From positions 138,342 to 202,341 of the forward strand of contig CAVWSZ010000005.1 in assembly GCA_963757935.1 (NCBI GenBank): a DNA stretch of 64,000 nucleotides, given 5' to 3'. The notes below the pieces were generated by a model that was not told the DNA's origin, made no database searches, and saw nothing but the letters and a program-made list of their open reading frames with translations. The position numbers and the translations under genes were made by a program. Source of the DNA: an uncultured Bacteroidales bacterium. GTDB lineage: Bacteria; Bacteroidota; Bacteroidia; Bacteroidales; VadinHA17. Every line of letters begins with the position of its first letter. The stretch's first letter is position 1. Of the stretch, positions 39,289-49,564 are shown piece by piece.

Positions 39289-39954
39289 ATGGTTGCAAAA
39301 GATATGATATCAGATGTGATTCCTTCCCTGAAGACCTCAGATACAGCGCAGACGGCGCTGAACTGGATGGAGATTTTCAGGGTGTCGCATCTGCCCATTG
39401 TGAACGAACTTGACTACCTCGGTCTCATATCTGACAGCGATATCTATGACATGAATATGCCTGATGAACCTATCGGGAACCACGAGCTCTCTCTACCCAG
39501 GCCCTTCGTCATCGACACGCGGCACATATACGAGGTCATCTCCCTGGCGGCGCGGCACAAGCTTACAGTGGTGCCGGTCCTTGATGAAAACAGCCATTAC
39601 AGGGGATCAGTCACCTACAATGAGATTATCAGCCACATGGCTTCGCTTGCATCAATTGAACAGCCGGGCGGTCTGGTCATACTCCAGGTTCTGGAGCGTG
39701 ATTACTCGATGAGCCGCATTTCCCAGATCATAGAGAGCAATGATGCCAGGATACTGAGCATGTACATAACATCGAAACCTGAATCCACAAGCCTGGAGAT
39801 TACGCTCAAGGTTAACACGGTAAATCTCGCTTCGATAATAAAAACATTTGAAAGGTACTCTTACGAAGTCACCACCTGGGTCTCCGAGAATGATGAGCTG
39901 GACCGTTTTTACACTGACAGGTACAACATGCTGATGAAGTACCTTAATATTTAA
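39289..39954 (+). CDS. CBS-pair domain protein
   Basis: Two CBS motifs (VSHLPIVNELDYLGLISDSDI and LTVVPVLDENSHYRGSVTYNEI) precede an ACT-like tail. The ATG at 39289 is preferred over the TTG at 39277. Confidence 0.78.
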   Translation: MVAKDMISDVIPSLKTSDTAQTALNWMEIFRVSHLPIVNELDYLGLISDSDIYDMNMPDEPIGNHELSLPRPFVIDTRHIYEVISLAARHKLTVVPVLDENSHYRGSVTYNEIISHMASLASIEQPGGLVILQVLERDYSMSRISQIIESNDARILSMYITSKPESTSLEITLKVNTVNLASIIKTFERYSYEVTTWVSENDELDRFYTDRYNMLMKYLNI

Positions 39955-39962
39955 CCGGTAAG

Positions 39963-40841
39963 ATGTCAAAAAAAATAGCACTGTTCAGCAAAGACCTGAC
40001 TGAGAAGACGATGGCAGGGCTGCTGCGTCTCATTGATGCCCTTGACGGCAGGGGAGCGGGTATCTGGCTGAATATTATGGGCAACGGAAAGGCGAAATTT
40101 GCAGCTGACGCCCGTGTCACACTCATCGATGATGTTTCGCAGGTGCCTGCTGACGTGCATCTCATAATAAGCGTAGGTGGTGACGGAACCTTCCTCGAGA
40201 CAGCCCTGAAGGTAAGAGAAACAAATATCCCAGTAGCCGGTATAAACACCGGCAGACTCGGGTTTCTTGCCAATATACCCGATGATGACATACCGGGAGC
40301 TGTCGGGATGCTCTGCTCGGGGCATTATGAGATCATTCACAGGTCATTGCTGGAAGTCGTTGAACCCGAAAACCTCTTTGGTGATTTAACCTCCCTGGCA
40401 CTGAATGAGGTGACTGTACAGAAGGCTGACCAGAGAATGATCACAATCACGGTTCATGTCAATGACATTTTTCTGAATACATACCGTGCTGACGGACTTA
40501 TAATTTCATCATCCACAGGTTCCACTGCCTATAACCTGAGTGTGGGAGGACCTATACTCTCACCTTCGGATGAAAGCATTATCATCGTACCAATGTCGCC
40601 GCACAACCTGACTGTGAGGCCGATAATTGTCACAGGCGGAAGCCGGATCACCCTTAAGACCGAAGGGAGATGCAGCGATTACCTGATAACCTGTGACTCG
40701 AAAGCCATAAAAACACCGATGGGAACAAGACTGTCGATAAGGCAGCCGACGAAGAAACTGCAAACTGTAACACTCAACGGAAATGATTTTTTCTCAACTA
40801 TCCGCGATAAGCTGATGTGGGGTGCTGACCCCCGTAACTGA
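39963..40841 (+). CDS. nadK: NAD kinase
   Basis: 292 aa with VGGDGTFL, GINTGRLGFL and SSSTGSTAYNLSVGGPI. Confidence 0.92.
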   Translation: MSKKIALFSKDLTEKTMAGLLRLIDALDGRGAGIWLNIMGNGKAKFAADARVTLIDDVSQVPADVHLIISVGGDGTFLETALKVRETNIPVAGINTGRLGFLANIPDDDIPGAVGMLCSGHYEIIHRSLLEVVEPENLFGDLTSLALNEVTVQKADQRMITITVHVNDIFLNTYRADGLIISSSTGSTAYNLSVGGPILSPSDESIIIVPMSPHNLTVRPIIVTGGSRITLKTEGRCSDYLITCDSKAIKTPMGTRLSIRQPTKKLQTVTLNGNDFFSTIRDKLMWGADPRN

Positions 40842-40884
40842 CAATAATTAAGGAATTATTAAGTTTTTAATATTGTACAATAAT

Positions 40885-40892
40885 TATCTTTG
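40885..40892 (+). promoter_or_regulatory. Bacteroidota -7 promoter box
   Basis: TATCTTTG lies 27 nt upstream of the ATG at 40919. Confidence 0.45.
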
Positions 40893-40918
40893 TAGCCAGA
40901 ACTGTCATAATGTTAAAA

Positions 40919-41677
40919 ATGAAACGTCTCATTCTCCTGTTAATGCTGGGGTTACTGGTGATGCCCCATGCAGAGGCACAGCTCTGGAAGAGTAAAAGGT
41001 ATGAGGCTTCGGCCGGATTAGGCACATCACAGTTCTACGGTGATGTCGGAGGGTTTTCGATTGGGGAGAACGCTCTGGGATTCAAGGACATAACCTTTAA
41101 ACAGACACGGTTCAACGTGTCAGGCGCTTTCAGGTATTATGTTCTTGATGAGGTGGCCGTAAGGCTTTCTTTGGCTTATATTATGCTTCACGCAACTGAT
41201 TTAAGAGGCTCGAATGAAGACCGCGGGTATGAGGCGCTTACCTCTCTGTTTGAACCCGCACTTATAGGCGAATACTATATAATCAGGAACAGGGAACGGA
41301 ACAGCTACAGTTTTCAGACTTACCGTGGCCGGTCAAGAAATCACCTGAAGGACTTTTTCAACAGCATTGATTTATATGCACTTGCAGGTGTGGGAGGAAC
41401 TTCATACAATGCCAGAGTAAATGAGGCCCTTGACCTCCGTGATCAGAAAAACAGCGGATTTACGGCAGTGATTCCCCTTGGAATCGGAGCCAAGGTGACA
41501 TTCGATCCAAATATCCTCTTCGGGGTTGAATTTTGCGGCCGTTATTCATTTTCGGATTATCTTGACGGTTATCACAGCCCGAGGTTCTCTGCACGCAATG
41601 ATGTGTATCATACCTTCAGTTTTACCTTCAACTACAGGATCAAGACTGCCCGTAACGGACTCCCGAGTTTCAAATGA
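40919..41677 (+). CDS. Small outer-membrane beta-barrel protein (DUF6089 / PorG-like position)
   Basis: Signal MKRLILLLMLGLLVMPHAEAQ, alternating aromatic beta-strand pattern, C-terminal F. It lies upstream of uppS-bamA. Confidence 0.68.
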   Translation: MKRLILLLMLGLLVMPHAEAQLWKSKRYEASAGLGTSQFYGDVGGFSIGENALGFKDITFKQTRFNVSGAFRYYVLDEVAVRLSLAYIMLHATDLRGSNEDRGYEALTSLFEPALIGEYYIIRNRERNSYSFQTYRGRSRNHLKDFFNSIDLYALAGVGGTSYNARVNEALDLRDQKNSGFTAVIPLGIGAKVTFDPNILFGVEFCGRYSFSDYLDGYHSPRFSARNDVYHTFSFTFNYRIKTARNGLPSFK

Positions 41678-41701
41678 TAATCAAATGACACCGTCAGAGG
41701 C

Positions 41702-42391
41702 ATGAGAAAAACCTTTATATCACTTTTTCTGCTCGCATCCCTGATGTCTGTGAATGGCCAGCGCTCAGCTGACTACGGATTCTCTGCAGGTATACTGAAT
41801 TACCTCGGAGAACTCAATCCCGTCAGCCTCTTTACAAACCCCGGACCTGCTGCCAGCCTGTTTTACAGGTACAACTTCAACCCGAGGCAGGCGGTGAGGG
41901 CAAACCTTCTCGGAGGGCAGATCAGGGGGGAAGATATCGATATTAATAATCTCAGGACTCCGCCCGGTGACGACTCTTTTTCGGGGATGCTTGGTGAATT
42001 TGGACTAACCTACGAATATAACTTTTTCCCTTACTCGACACAACGCAGCCGCCGTGTTGACTATACACCTTACATGGCCGCAGGAGTTGCGGTAACGCTT
42101 GTTAACACCGCTGATCTTTCGATCTTTCCTTCAATACCATTCTCTGCCGGATTCAAGATAAATGTTGGCAACAATATCGGTCTGGAATTCGAATATGGTT
42201 TTCGTAAAACATTTTATGATAACTTTGACGGCCTGACTGACATGGTGGATCCGGAAGATCTGACATGGATGCATAACAATGACTGGTACAGTTTTATGGG
42301 TGTTTCATTCACCTGGAAGATTTACAATAAACTGGTCGGTTGTCCGGCGTTTGCAGGAGACGTGGAGAAAAAAAGAAAGAAACAGAATTGA
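41702..42391 (+). CDS. Small outer-membrane beta-barrel protein, tandem paralog
   Basis: Signal MRKTFISLFLLASLMSVNGQ. Same strand pattern (YGFSAG, FEYGFRKTFYDNFDG) as the preceding gene. Confidence 0.68.
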   Translation: MRKTFISLFLLASLMSVNGQRSADYGFSAGILNYLGELNPVSLFTNPGPAASLFYRYNFNPRQAVRANLLGGQIRGEDIDINNLRTPPGDDSFSGMLGEFGLTYEYNFFPYSTQRSRRVDYTPYMAAGVAVTLVNTADLSIFPSIPFSAGFKINVGNNIGLEFEYGFRKTFYDNFDGLTDMVDPEDLTWMHNNDWYSFMGVSFTWKIYNKLVGCPAFAGDVEKKRKKQN

Positions 42392-43137
42392 CCTTCAGGG
42401 AACAAATAGACAAGAACAGGCTTCCGAAGCATGTTGCAGTAATTATGGACGGCAACGGCAGGTGGGCGCACCGCCGGGGACGTGAAAGGGTCTACGGACA
42501 TCAGCATGGTGTTGGCGCAGTCCGTAAGGTCATCGAGGCTGCTGCTGAAACTGGCATCAGATATCTGACTCTCTACGCATTTTCTACCGAGAACTGGAAC
42601 AGGCCGGGTGAAGAGGTATCGGCGCTTATGGACCTGATGGTCGACTCGCTCAACAACGAGACGCATACACTGCTTAAAAACGAAATAGCCCTCAAGGTGA
42701 TTGGCGATCTTGACCGGCTCTCGCCGGTTGTACGGGGCAGGCTCCTCGAAACAATCAGCCTGACTGCCGCCGGCAGCCGGATGACACTTATAGTTGCACT
42801 CAGTTATTCGTCGAAATGGGAGATAACTGAAGCATGTCGCAGAGTAGCAGCAGATGTGCAGGATAAAAAAATTGACATATCAGAAATAACGGAAGATACC
42901 CTGGCAGAAAACCTGTCTACGGCGGGTATCCCCGACCCTGAACTGATGATCCGTACCAGCGGGGAAAAGCGTATCAGCAATTTCCTCCTCTGGCAACTGG
43001 CATATTCAGAACTATATTTTACCGAAAAACTTTGGCCCGATTTTGGTAAGGAAGATTTTTACAAGGCAGTTGCCAACTTCCAGAAAAGGGAAAGAAGATT
43101 CGGAAAGACAAGTGAGCAGATAGCGGAAAACAACTGA
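42388..43137 (+). CDS. uppS: Isoprenyl transferase (undecaprenyl-diphosphate synthase)
   Basis: HVAVIMDGNGRWA, LTLYAFSTENWNRP, IRTSGEKRISNFLLWQLAYSELYF. The TTG start at 42388 is inferred; the track ORF opens at 42340 inside the previous gene. Confidence 0.88.
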   Translation: MTFREQIDKNRLPKHVAVIMDGNGRWAHRRGRERVYGHQHGVGAVRKVIEAAAETGIRYLTLYAFSTENWNRPGEEVSALMDLMVDSLNNETHTLLKNEIALKVIGDLDRLSPVVRGRLLETISLTAAGSRMTLIVALSYSSKWEITEACRRVAADVQDKKIDISEITEDTLAENLSTAGIPDPELMIRTSGEKRISNFLLWQLAYSELYFTEKLWPDFGKEDFYKAVANFQKRERRFGKTSEQIAENN

Positions 43138-43141
43138 ACAA

Positions 43142-45643
43142 ATGAGAGAAAAAATCAGGAGACTACTTATCCTTTTCGTTTTGATAATTCCCGGAGCGGC
43201 CTCCTCAGGTCAGACAACCGAAAAAATTGTCAATTTCCTTTATCCTGAGGAATTTACAATCGCCGGCATAACCATTTCAGGTGTCAAATACCTTGAACCC
43301 AACGCACTGATAGGAATATCAGGACTGAGGATCGGGCAGAAGATAGAGATACCGGGAGAACAGATTACTTCATCGGTTAAAAAACTGTGGGCCCAGGGAC
43401 TCTTCTCCGACGTTAAGATTACAGTAACAAAAAGGGAAGGTGACAACATCTGGCTCGACATTTATCTCCAGGAAAGGCCAAGGCTTTCCTCTCTTAATTT
43501 CGAAGGCATCAGAAAGTCTGAAGAGACCGATATAATTGAGAAGCTGAGCCTTCCCAACGGTTCACAGGTAACAGCCCACCTGCTCAATAAGGCAAAAAGG
43601 ATAATCACTGACCACTATGTCGAAAAGGGATTTCTGAACACTGAAGTGGACATCATCCAGAAAGATGACCCTGATATGCCCAATAACGTGACCCTCAATG
43701 TTGTGGTCAACAAGCATGAGAAGGTCAAGATCGACGAAATACAGTTTGTGGGAAATGAGTTTTTCGATGCGAAAAGGCTGCGCAGGGTGATGAAAAACAC
43801 CAAACAGAAGGACATCAACATCTTCAAGGGATCGAAATACATTGAGAACAAGCTCGATGAGGACCGCGAGAGCCTTGTGAGCTTCTACAATGAGAACGGT
43901 TTCCGCGACTTCAGGCTTGTTAAGGATTCTACTTATGCTATTGAGGACGGTAAGATTGTCCTGGTAATGAAGCTTAACGAAGGCAACCAGTATTATCTCC
44001 GCAATGTAGACTGGGTGGGAAACAGCATCTATTCAAAGGATCAGCTCACCAGGGTGTTCAACTTCCCTTCCGGTGAAGTCTATAACCAGACCATGATCAA
44101 CAAAAGGCTTACGGAGGATCAGGATGCAGTTAACTCCCTTTATCTCGACTACGGGTATCTCTTCTCGAGGCTTACGCCTGTGGAACAGAAGGTAGAGGGC
44201 GACTCTATTGACCTTGAGGTGAGGATTTTCGAGGGCGATCCTGCAAACCTTAATAATGTAATTATTTCGGGAAACACCCGCACCAATGAACATGTAGCCC
44301 GGCGTGAGCTGTTTACAAATCCAGGTGACCTCTTCAGCAAGGAGAAGATCATCCGTTCCGTAAGACAGGTGGCAGTGTTGGGTCACTTCGACCCTGAGAA
44401 GATCAACCCGCTTCCCATACCTGACCAGATCAACGGTACCGTTGACCTGTTATACGAACTGGAGGAAAAGGCAAACGACCAGTTTGAGGTTTCCGGTGGC
44501 TGGGGTGCGCAGATGCTCGTCGGAACCGTTGGAGTAAAGTTTAACAACTTCGCTATCCGCAACTTCTTCAAATGGAGTGAGTGGAGACCCTATCCCTCGG
44601 GAGACGGTCAGTCGCTGAGCATCAGGGCCCAGTCGAACGGCCGCATTTACCAGTCGTACAACCTCTCTTTCATTGAACCCTGGCTGGGCGGCAAAAAGCC
44701 AAATACCCTCTCACTATCTTATTTCCGTTCGGTAATGACAAATGCAAAACGGATGGATGAAGACGGAAGGCAGCATATGATTATTGACGGAGGCTCGGTG
44801 GGTTTCGGAAAGAGGCTGGAATGGCCTGATGACTATTTCTCGGTATATTATGAGGGAAGCTTCCAGCGGTACAGCATGCTCAACTACACCCAGTTCCAGT
44901 TCCTTTTCGATAACGGTGTGTCTAACCTGGCTTCAATCACTGCAAGGATAACAAGATTTTCCGCCGGACCAAATACTATATATCCCCGCAGCGGGTCAAC
45001 CTTCTCGCTCTCACTGCAGGCCACTCCGCCTTATTCAGTTATCAGCGGCAAGGATTTCTCAACTGCGACTGACCAGGAGAAGTACAGGTGGATAGAGTTT
45101 TACAAAACTGTATTCAAGGCTGACTACTATTACCCCCTCTCATCAAATGACAAACTTGTGCTTAACGCCAGGGCAGCGTTCGGATATCTCGGGTTCTATA
45201 ATAAGGATATCGGGCCCTCACCGTTCGAGAACTTCTACGTGGGCGGCGACGGTATGACGGGGTACAGCTTTTACGGACGCGAGGTCATTGCCCTGAGGGG
45301 TTATGAAAACGGTTCGCTCACACCTACAGTTATAAAGGGAACCAGGAGGGTTGAGGTTGGTAACGTCTACTCCAAGCTGACACTTGAACTTCGTTACCCC
45401 GTCTCACTGAATCCGCAGGCAACAATATACGGACTAGCCTTCCTCGAAGCCGGAAAAGCCTGGTACAGCCTTAAGGAGTACAATCCCTTCAGGATGAACC
45501 GTTCGGCAGGATTCGGCCTCAGGGCCAACCTCCCGATGTTCGGGCTCCTCGGAATAGACTGGGCCTACGGGTTTGACGATATTCCAGGCAATCCTGAAGC
45601 ATCCGGAAGCCAGTTTCACTTCGTAATAGGTCAGCAATTCTAA
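43142..45643 (+). CDS. bamA: Outer membrane protein assembly factor BamA
   Basis: 833 aa with POTRA repeats (I..I.I.G....), an Omp85 barrel and a terminal ...FHFVIGQQF. Confidence 0.93.
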   Translation: MREKIRRLLILFVLIIPGAASSGQTTEKIVNFLYPEEFTIAGITISGVKYLEPNALIGISGLRIGQKIEIPGEQITSSVKKLWAQGLFSDVKITVTKREGDNIWLDIYLQERPRLSSLNFEGIRKSEETDIIEKLSLPNGSQVTAHLLNKAKRIITDHYVEKGFLNTEVDIIQKDDPDMPNNVTLNVVVNKHEKVKIDEIQFVGNEFFDAKRLRRVMKNTKQKDINIFKGSKYIENKLDEDRESLVSFYNENGFRDFRLVKDSTYAIEDGKIVLVMKLNEGNQYYLRNVDWVGNSIYSKDQLTRVFNFPSGEVYNQTMINKRLTEDQDAVNSLYLDYGYLFSRLTPVEQKVEGDSIDLEVRIFEGDPANLNNVIISGNTRTNEHVARRELFTNPGDLFSKEKIIRSVRQVAVLGHFDPEKINPLPIPDQINGTVDLLYELEEKANDQFEVSGGWGAQMLVGTVGVKFNNFAIRNFFKWSEWRPYPSGDGQSLSIRAQSNGRIYQSYNLSFIEPWLGGKKPNTLSLSYFRSVMTNAKRMDEDGRQHMIIDGGSVGFGKRLEWPDDYFSVYYEGSFQRYSMLNYTQFQFLFDNGVSNLASITARITRFSAGPNTIYPRSGSTFSLSLQATPPYSVISGKDFSTATDQEKYRWIEFYKTVFKADYYYPLSSNDKLVLNARAAFGYLGFYNKDIGPSPFENFYVGGDGMTGYSFYGREVIALRGYENGSLTPTVIKGTRRVEVGNVYSKLTLELRYPVSLNPQATIYGLAFLEAGKAWYSLKEYNPFRMNRSAGFGLRANLPMFGLLGIDWAYGFDDIPGNPEASGSQFHFVIGQQF

Positions 45644-45673
45644 AAAACAACAAATCAAATAAACAAAAAGGTT

Positions 45674-46189
45674 ATGAAGAAGATTATTGTTTTGACAGTC
45701 CTGGTGCTTGCAGCCACCCTCAGTGGCGCCGCACAGAAGTTCGCATTTGTCGACAGCGAATATATACGCAATAATATACCTGCCTTCACTGCCGCCCAGC
45801 AGCAGCTTGACAAGCTTTCCGAAGGATGGGAAAAAGAGGTGGCTGACGGTTATGCAGCTGTCGAGTCGCTGTATAAGAATTATCAGGCAGAGGTGGTCCT
45901 TCTGTCACAGGATCAGAAGAAGAAAAGGGAAGACGCTATCATAGCAAAAGAGAAGGAGATAAAAGACCTTCAGAACAAGTATTTTGGAATGGAAGGGGAA
46001 CTCTACAAGAAACGTGAAGAGCTGGTAAAACCTATCCAGGATGAGATACTGAAAGCCATAAAAGAGATATCAGTTGAAGGAAGCTACGCAGTGATATTTG
46101 ACACCTCCACAGGTTCGAACATCCTCTTTGCCAACCCGAAATTCGATCTCTCCGACCAGGTACTTGAGAAATTAGGTTACAAAAAATAA
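45674..46189 (+). CDS. OmpH/Skp-family periplasmic chaperone
   Basis: 171 aa with a signal peptide and coiled-coil. It follows bamA. Confidence 0.85.
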   Translation: MKKIIVLTVLVLAATLSGAAQKFAFVDSEYIRNNIPAFTAAQQQLDKLSEGWEKEVADGYAAVESLYKNYQAEVVLLSQDQKKKREDAIIAKEKEIKDLQNKYFGMEGELYKKREELVKPIQDEILKAIKEISVEGSYAVIFDTSTGSNILFANPKFDLSDQVLEKLGYKK

Positions 46190-46194
46190 ATAAT

Positions 46195-46202
46195 TACATT
46201 TG
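46195..46202 (+). promoter_or_regulatory. Bacteroidota -7 promoter box
   Basis: TACATTTG lies 27 nt upstream of the ATG at 46229. Confidence 0.4.
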
Positions 46203-46228
46203 CACGATTTAAAATTCACAGAAAAGAC

Positions 46229-46741
46229 ATGAAAAAAGTATTCGGAATAGTCCTGTTCGCTGCCATGATGTTATCAGCACAGGAAGCGGCTGCACAGTCA
46301 TTCAAGACAGGGCACATCAACCGCGATGACGTCATAATGGCTATGCCTGACTATGACACAGCAATGAAACAGTATAACGCCTTCGGACAGGAGCTAACCA
46401 ATGCTTTGGAGCTGATGCAGGTCGAGTATAATAACAAGCTTGACCTGTTTGTTAAGGAGAGCAAGAATTACACTGAGCTTGTTAAGGCAAACAAAGAGCA
46501 GGAACTTGGTGACATGCAGAACAGGATCAATAACTTCCAGCAGCAGGCACAGGTTCAGCTGCAGGAAAAACAGGCCGAACTGCTTAATCCAATAATTGAG
46601 AAGGCCGGCGCAGCAATCACCCAGGTAGCAAAGGACGGCGGTTTCATTTATGTATATGATGTTCGCACCCTGGTCTATTTTGACCCGGTGAAAAGTACTG
46701 ATCTCACCCCGCTGGTTAAGACCAAGCTGGGTTTGAAGTAA
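46229..46741 (+). CDS. OmpH/Skp-family periplasmic chaperone (second copy)
   Basis: 170 aa with a signal peptide and a Gln-rich coiled-coil. Confidence 0.85.
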   Translation: MKKVFGIVLFAAMMLSAQEAAAQSFKTGHINRDDVIMAMPDYDTAMKQYNAFGQELTNALELMQVEYNNKLDLFVKESKNYTELVKANKEQELGDMQNRINNFQQQAQVQLQEKQAELLNPIIEKAGAAITQVAKDGGFIYVYDVRTLVYFDPVKSTDLTPLVKTKLGLK

Positions 46742-46761
46742 TTCTTATATATATGTTACAG

Positions 46762-46795
46762 GGCTGCCCTCCAACCGGCGGGCAGCCTTTATTTT
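46762..46795 (+). terminator. Intrinsic terminator
   Basis: Stem ggctgccc (46762-46769) / gggcagcc (46780-46787), followed by TTTATTTT. Confidence 0.75.
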
Positions 46796-46804
46796 AAAAA
46801 GCAG

Positions 46805-47614
46805 ATGGAAAACGTGAAACGGCCGATAGGCATCTTCGACTCAGGAGTAGGGGGCCTGACGGTTGCTCATGCCATCAGGCAGACACTGCCCGGCGAGACA
46901 ATCATCTATTTTGGCGATACTGCTCACCTTCCTTACGGCGACAAATCTGCCGAAGCAATTAAAGCCTATTCACGGGGTATAACAAATTTCCTGCTCGGCT
47001 ATGATGTAAAGATGGTACTTGTTGCCTGTAACTCAGCGTCAGCCTCAGCCTATGAGACGCTCCTTAAGGAGTTCAGTGACAGGATCATAATTCTCGACGT
47101 AATAAACCCCGTAGTGGAATATGTGGCTTCCAGGAATTTCAAAAGGGTAGGGGTCATCGGAACAAAAAGAACCATAATGTCAGGAACATATGACAGGATG
47201 ATCCGTGACACCTCACCTACTACCGAGGTTTGCTCACTGGCCACCCCTCTGCTGGTACCCATGATTGAAGAGGGTTTTATTTTTGATGACATCAGCAATG
47301 CAATCATCCGCACATATCTCTCCGATCCTAATCTGAACAATATCGAGGCGCTGATCCTCGGATGTACGCATTATCCGATCATCAGAAACCAGATCAGCAA
47401 ATTCTTCAACTTCAACCTGGAGATTATCGACTCCGCCCGGATTGTGGCGGCAAGGCTTCGGGAGGTACTTGAAAAGCACAGTCTTATAAATGACGGACCG
47501 GCAACCGGCCACGACCTCTTCTTCGTATCAGACTACACAGAGTACTTCGAAAAGATAGCCAGGATGTTTTTCGAGGGCAATCTTTACCTCGAAAAGGCAG
47601 ACATCTGGACATGA
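46805..47614 (+). CDS. murI: Glutamate racemase
   Basis: IGIFDSGVGGLTV, VACNSASA, LGCTHYP. Confidence 0.95.
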   Translation: MENVKRPIGIFDSGVGGLTVAHAIRQTLPGETIIYFGDTAHLPYGDKSAEAIKAYSRGITNFLLGYDVKMVLVACNSASASAYETLLKEFSDRIIILDVINPVVEYVASRNFKRVGVIGTKRTIMSGTYDRMIRDTSPTTEVCSLATPLLVPMIEEGFIFDDISNAIIRTYLSDPNLNNIEALILGCTHYPIIRNQISKFFNFNLEIIDSARIVAARLREVLEKHSLINDGPATGHDLFFVSDYTEYFEKIARMFFEGNLYLEKADIWT

Positions 47615-47715
47615 CCAAAATCATAACCTGTTGTAATCATTTTAATGAACTTAGGGGTGTTAATTTGGTTACTTTTATACTCGTTTAAATCAATATAAAA
47701 ATCTTATTACAAACC

Positions 47716-49563
47716 ATGGCAAAAAGATCAAAGGTCATAGAAAAAGATGCCGTTGTGATCAGGTTCTCGGGTGACTCCGGTGACGGGATGCAACTTACAG
47801 GCACACTCTTTTCAAACACCTCGGCGCTCTTCGGAAACGACCTCTCCACCTTCCCGGACTACCCCGCAGAGATCAGGGCCCCGCAGGGGACCGTCGGAGG
47901 TGTATCAGGATTTCAGGTACACATCGGCAGGAAACATATAAATACTCCGGGTGACTATGCAGATGTGCTCGTTGCAATGAATCCGGCAGCTGTCCGCGCA
48001 AATGCAAGATGGGTACATCCGCACGCCACAATTATTTTCGATTCGGATAATTTCACTGAGAAACATATTCTCCGGGCAGGATACCAGTCGGATCCTTTCA
48101 AGGAGGACAAACTTGAAGACCGTAACCTTATTGCCGCACCCATAACTTCACTTGTGAAGGAGGCTCTGAAAGACCTTGACCTCGATCCCAAGACTGTTCT
48201 CAAAACCAAGAACATGTTTGCCCTCGGGATGCTCTACTGGCTCTTTGACAGTGAACTTAAGTACACAGAGGACTATGTTGACGATAAGTTTGGAGGCAAG
48301 AAACCGCTCGTAGCGGAGGCGAACAAGATAGTCTTAAGGGCCGGTTATTATTACGCTGAGACAATTGAGGCTCTTACACCCTCATTCAAGGTAAACCCGG
48401 CGCCCATAGCCAAAGGCACATACAGGAATATAAACGGCAACACTGCAACAGCCTGGGGATTACTGGCTGCAGCAGAGAAAGCGGGACTGAAGCTCTTTAT
48501 CGGATCATACCCCATTACACCTGCAACGGGTGTACTTGAAGAGCTTGCCATGCGTAAGGATCTGGGAGCCAAAAGCATTCAGGCCGAGGATGAGATAGCA
48601 GGGATATGTACCGCAATTGGTGCCAGCTTTGCAGGCCGGCTGGCTGTGACTTCGACCTCGGGCCCCGGTCTGGCGCTTAAGTCAGAAGCGATCGGACTGG
48701 CCGTGATGACGGAACTGCCAATTGTCATTGTAAACGTACAGCGCGGCGGACCATCAACAGGACTTCCCACAAAGACAGAACAGAGTGATCTGATGCAGGC
48801 ACTTTACGGCCGCAACGGAGAAAGTCCGGTGGCAGTGATTGCCGCAAGCACCCCGTCTGACTGCTTCCATTATGCCTTTGAGGCAGGTCGCATCGCCCTG
48901 GAACATATGACCCCGGTCATTCTTCTTACTGACAGCTTCCTCGCCAACGGCTCTGAGCCCTGGCGGATACCGGAAATGAAAGACCTGCCGGCCATTCATC
49001 CTCCGTTTGCTGTAAAGGACGACAAGGAATACCAGGCATATGCAAGGGATAAGGATACTCTTGCCCGCAAATGGGCAATCCCCGGTACACCCGGATTGGA
49101 GCACCGCATCGGCGGCCTTGAAAAGACAACAAAGGGCAACGTCTCCTATACCCCTGAAAACCATGAGTATATGGTTAAGATCAGGGATGAGAAAGTAGAA
49201 AGAATTGTGTCAGAGGTTCCTGATCTGAAAGTCTCAGGCGATAAGAAGGGAGACCTTCTGATGATCGGATGGGGCAGCACTTATGGCCACATAATTACAG
49301 CCCTTGATGAGCTGCAGAAAGAAGGTTACAACGTAAGCTCGGCACACTTCAACTATATCAGACCATTGCCGAAGAACACAGCAAAAATCTTTGCCAACTA
49401 TAAGAATCTGGTGGTCTGTGAACTGAACTATGGCCAGTTTGCAAATTATCTGAGGATGAAGCATCCAGGCTTCACCTATCATCAGTGTAACAAGATTCAG
49501 GGCCTGCCTTTCACGGTTCAGGAGATCAAGGATTATTGCATTAAAATATTGGAGGGTAAATAA
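47716..49563 (+). CDS. korA: 2-oxoacid:ferredoxin (acceptor) oxidoreductase subunit alpha
   Basis: 615 aa: FSGDSGDGMQLTG, YPITPAT, TSGPGLALK. Confidence 0.9.
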   Translation: MAKRSKVIEKDAVVIRFSGDSGDGMQLTGTLFSNTSALFGNDLSTFPDYPAEIRAPQGTVGGVSGFQVHIGRKHINTPGDYADVLVAMNPAAVRANARWVHPHATIIFDSDNFTEKHILRAGYQSDPFKEDKLEDRNLIAAPITSLVKEALKDLDLDPKTVLKTKNMFALGMLYWLFDSELKYTEDYVDDKFGGKKPLVAEANKIVLRAGYYYAETIEALTPSFKVNPAPIAKGTYRNINGNTATAWGLLAAAEKAGLKLFIGSYPITPATGVLEELAMRKDLGAKSIQAEDEIAGICTAIGASFAGRLAVTSTSGPGLALKSEAIGLAVMTELPIVIVNVQRGGPSTGLPTKTEQSDLMQALYGRNGESPVAVIAASTPSDCFHYAFEAGRIALEHMTPVILLTDSFLANGSEPWRIPEMKDLPAIHPPFAVKDDKEYQAYARDKDTLARKWAIPGTPGLEHRIGGLEKTTKGNVSYTPENHEYMVKIRDEKVERIVSEVPDLKVSGDKKGDLLMIGWGSTYGHIITALDELQKEGYNVSSAHFNYIRPLPKNTAKIFANYKNLVVCELNYGQFANYLRMKHPGFTYHQCNKIQGLPFTVQEIKDYCIKILEGK

Positions 49564-49564
49564 G

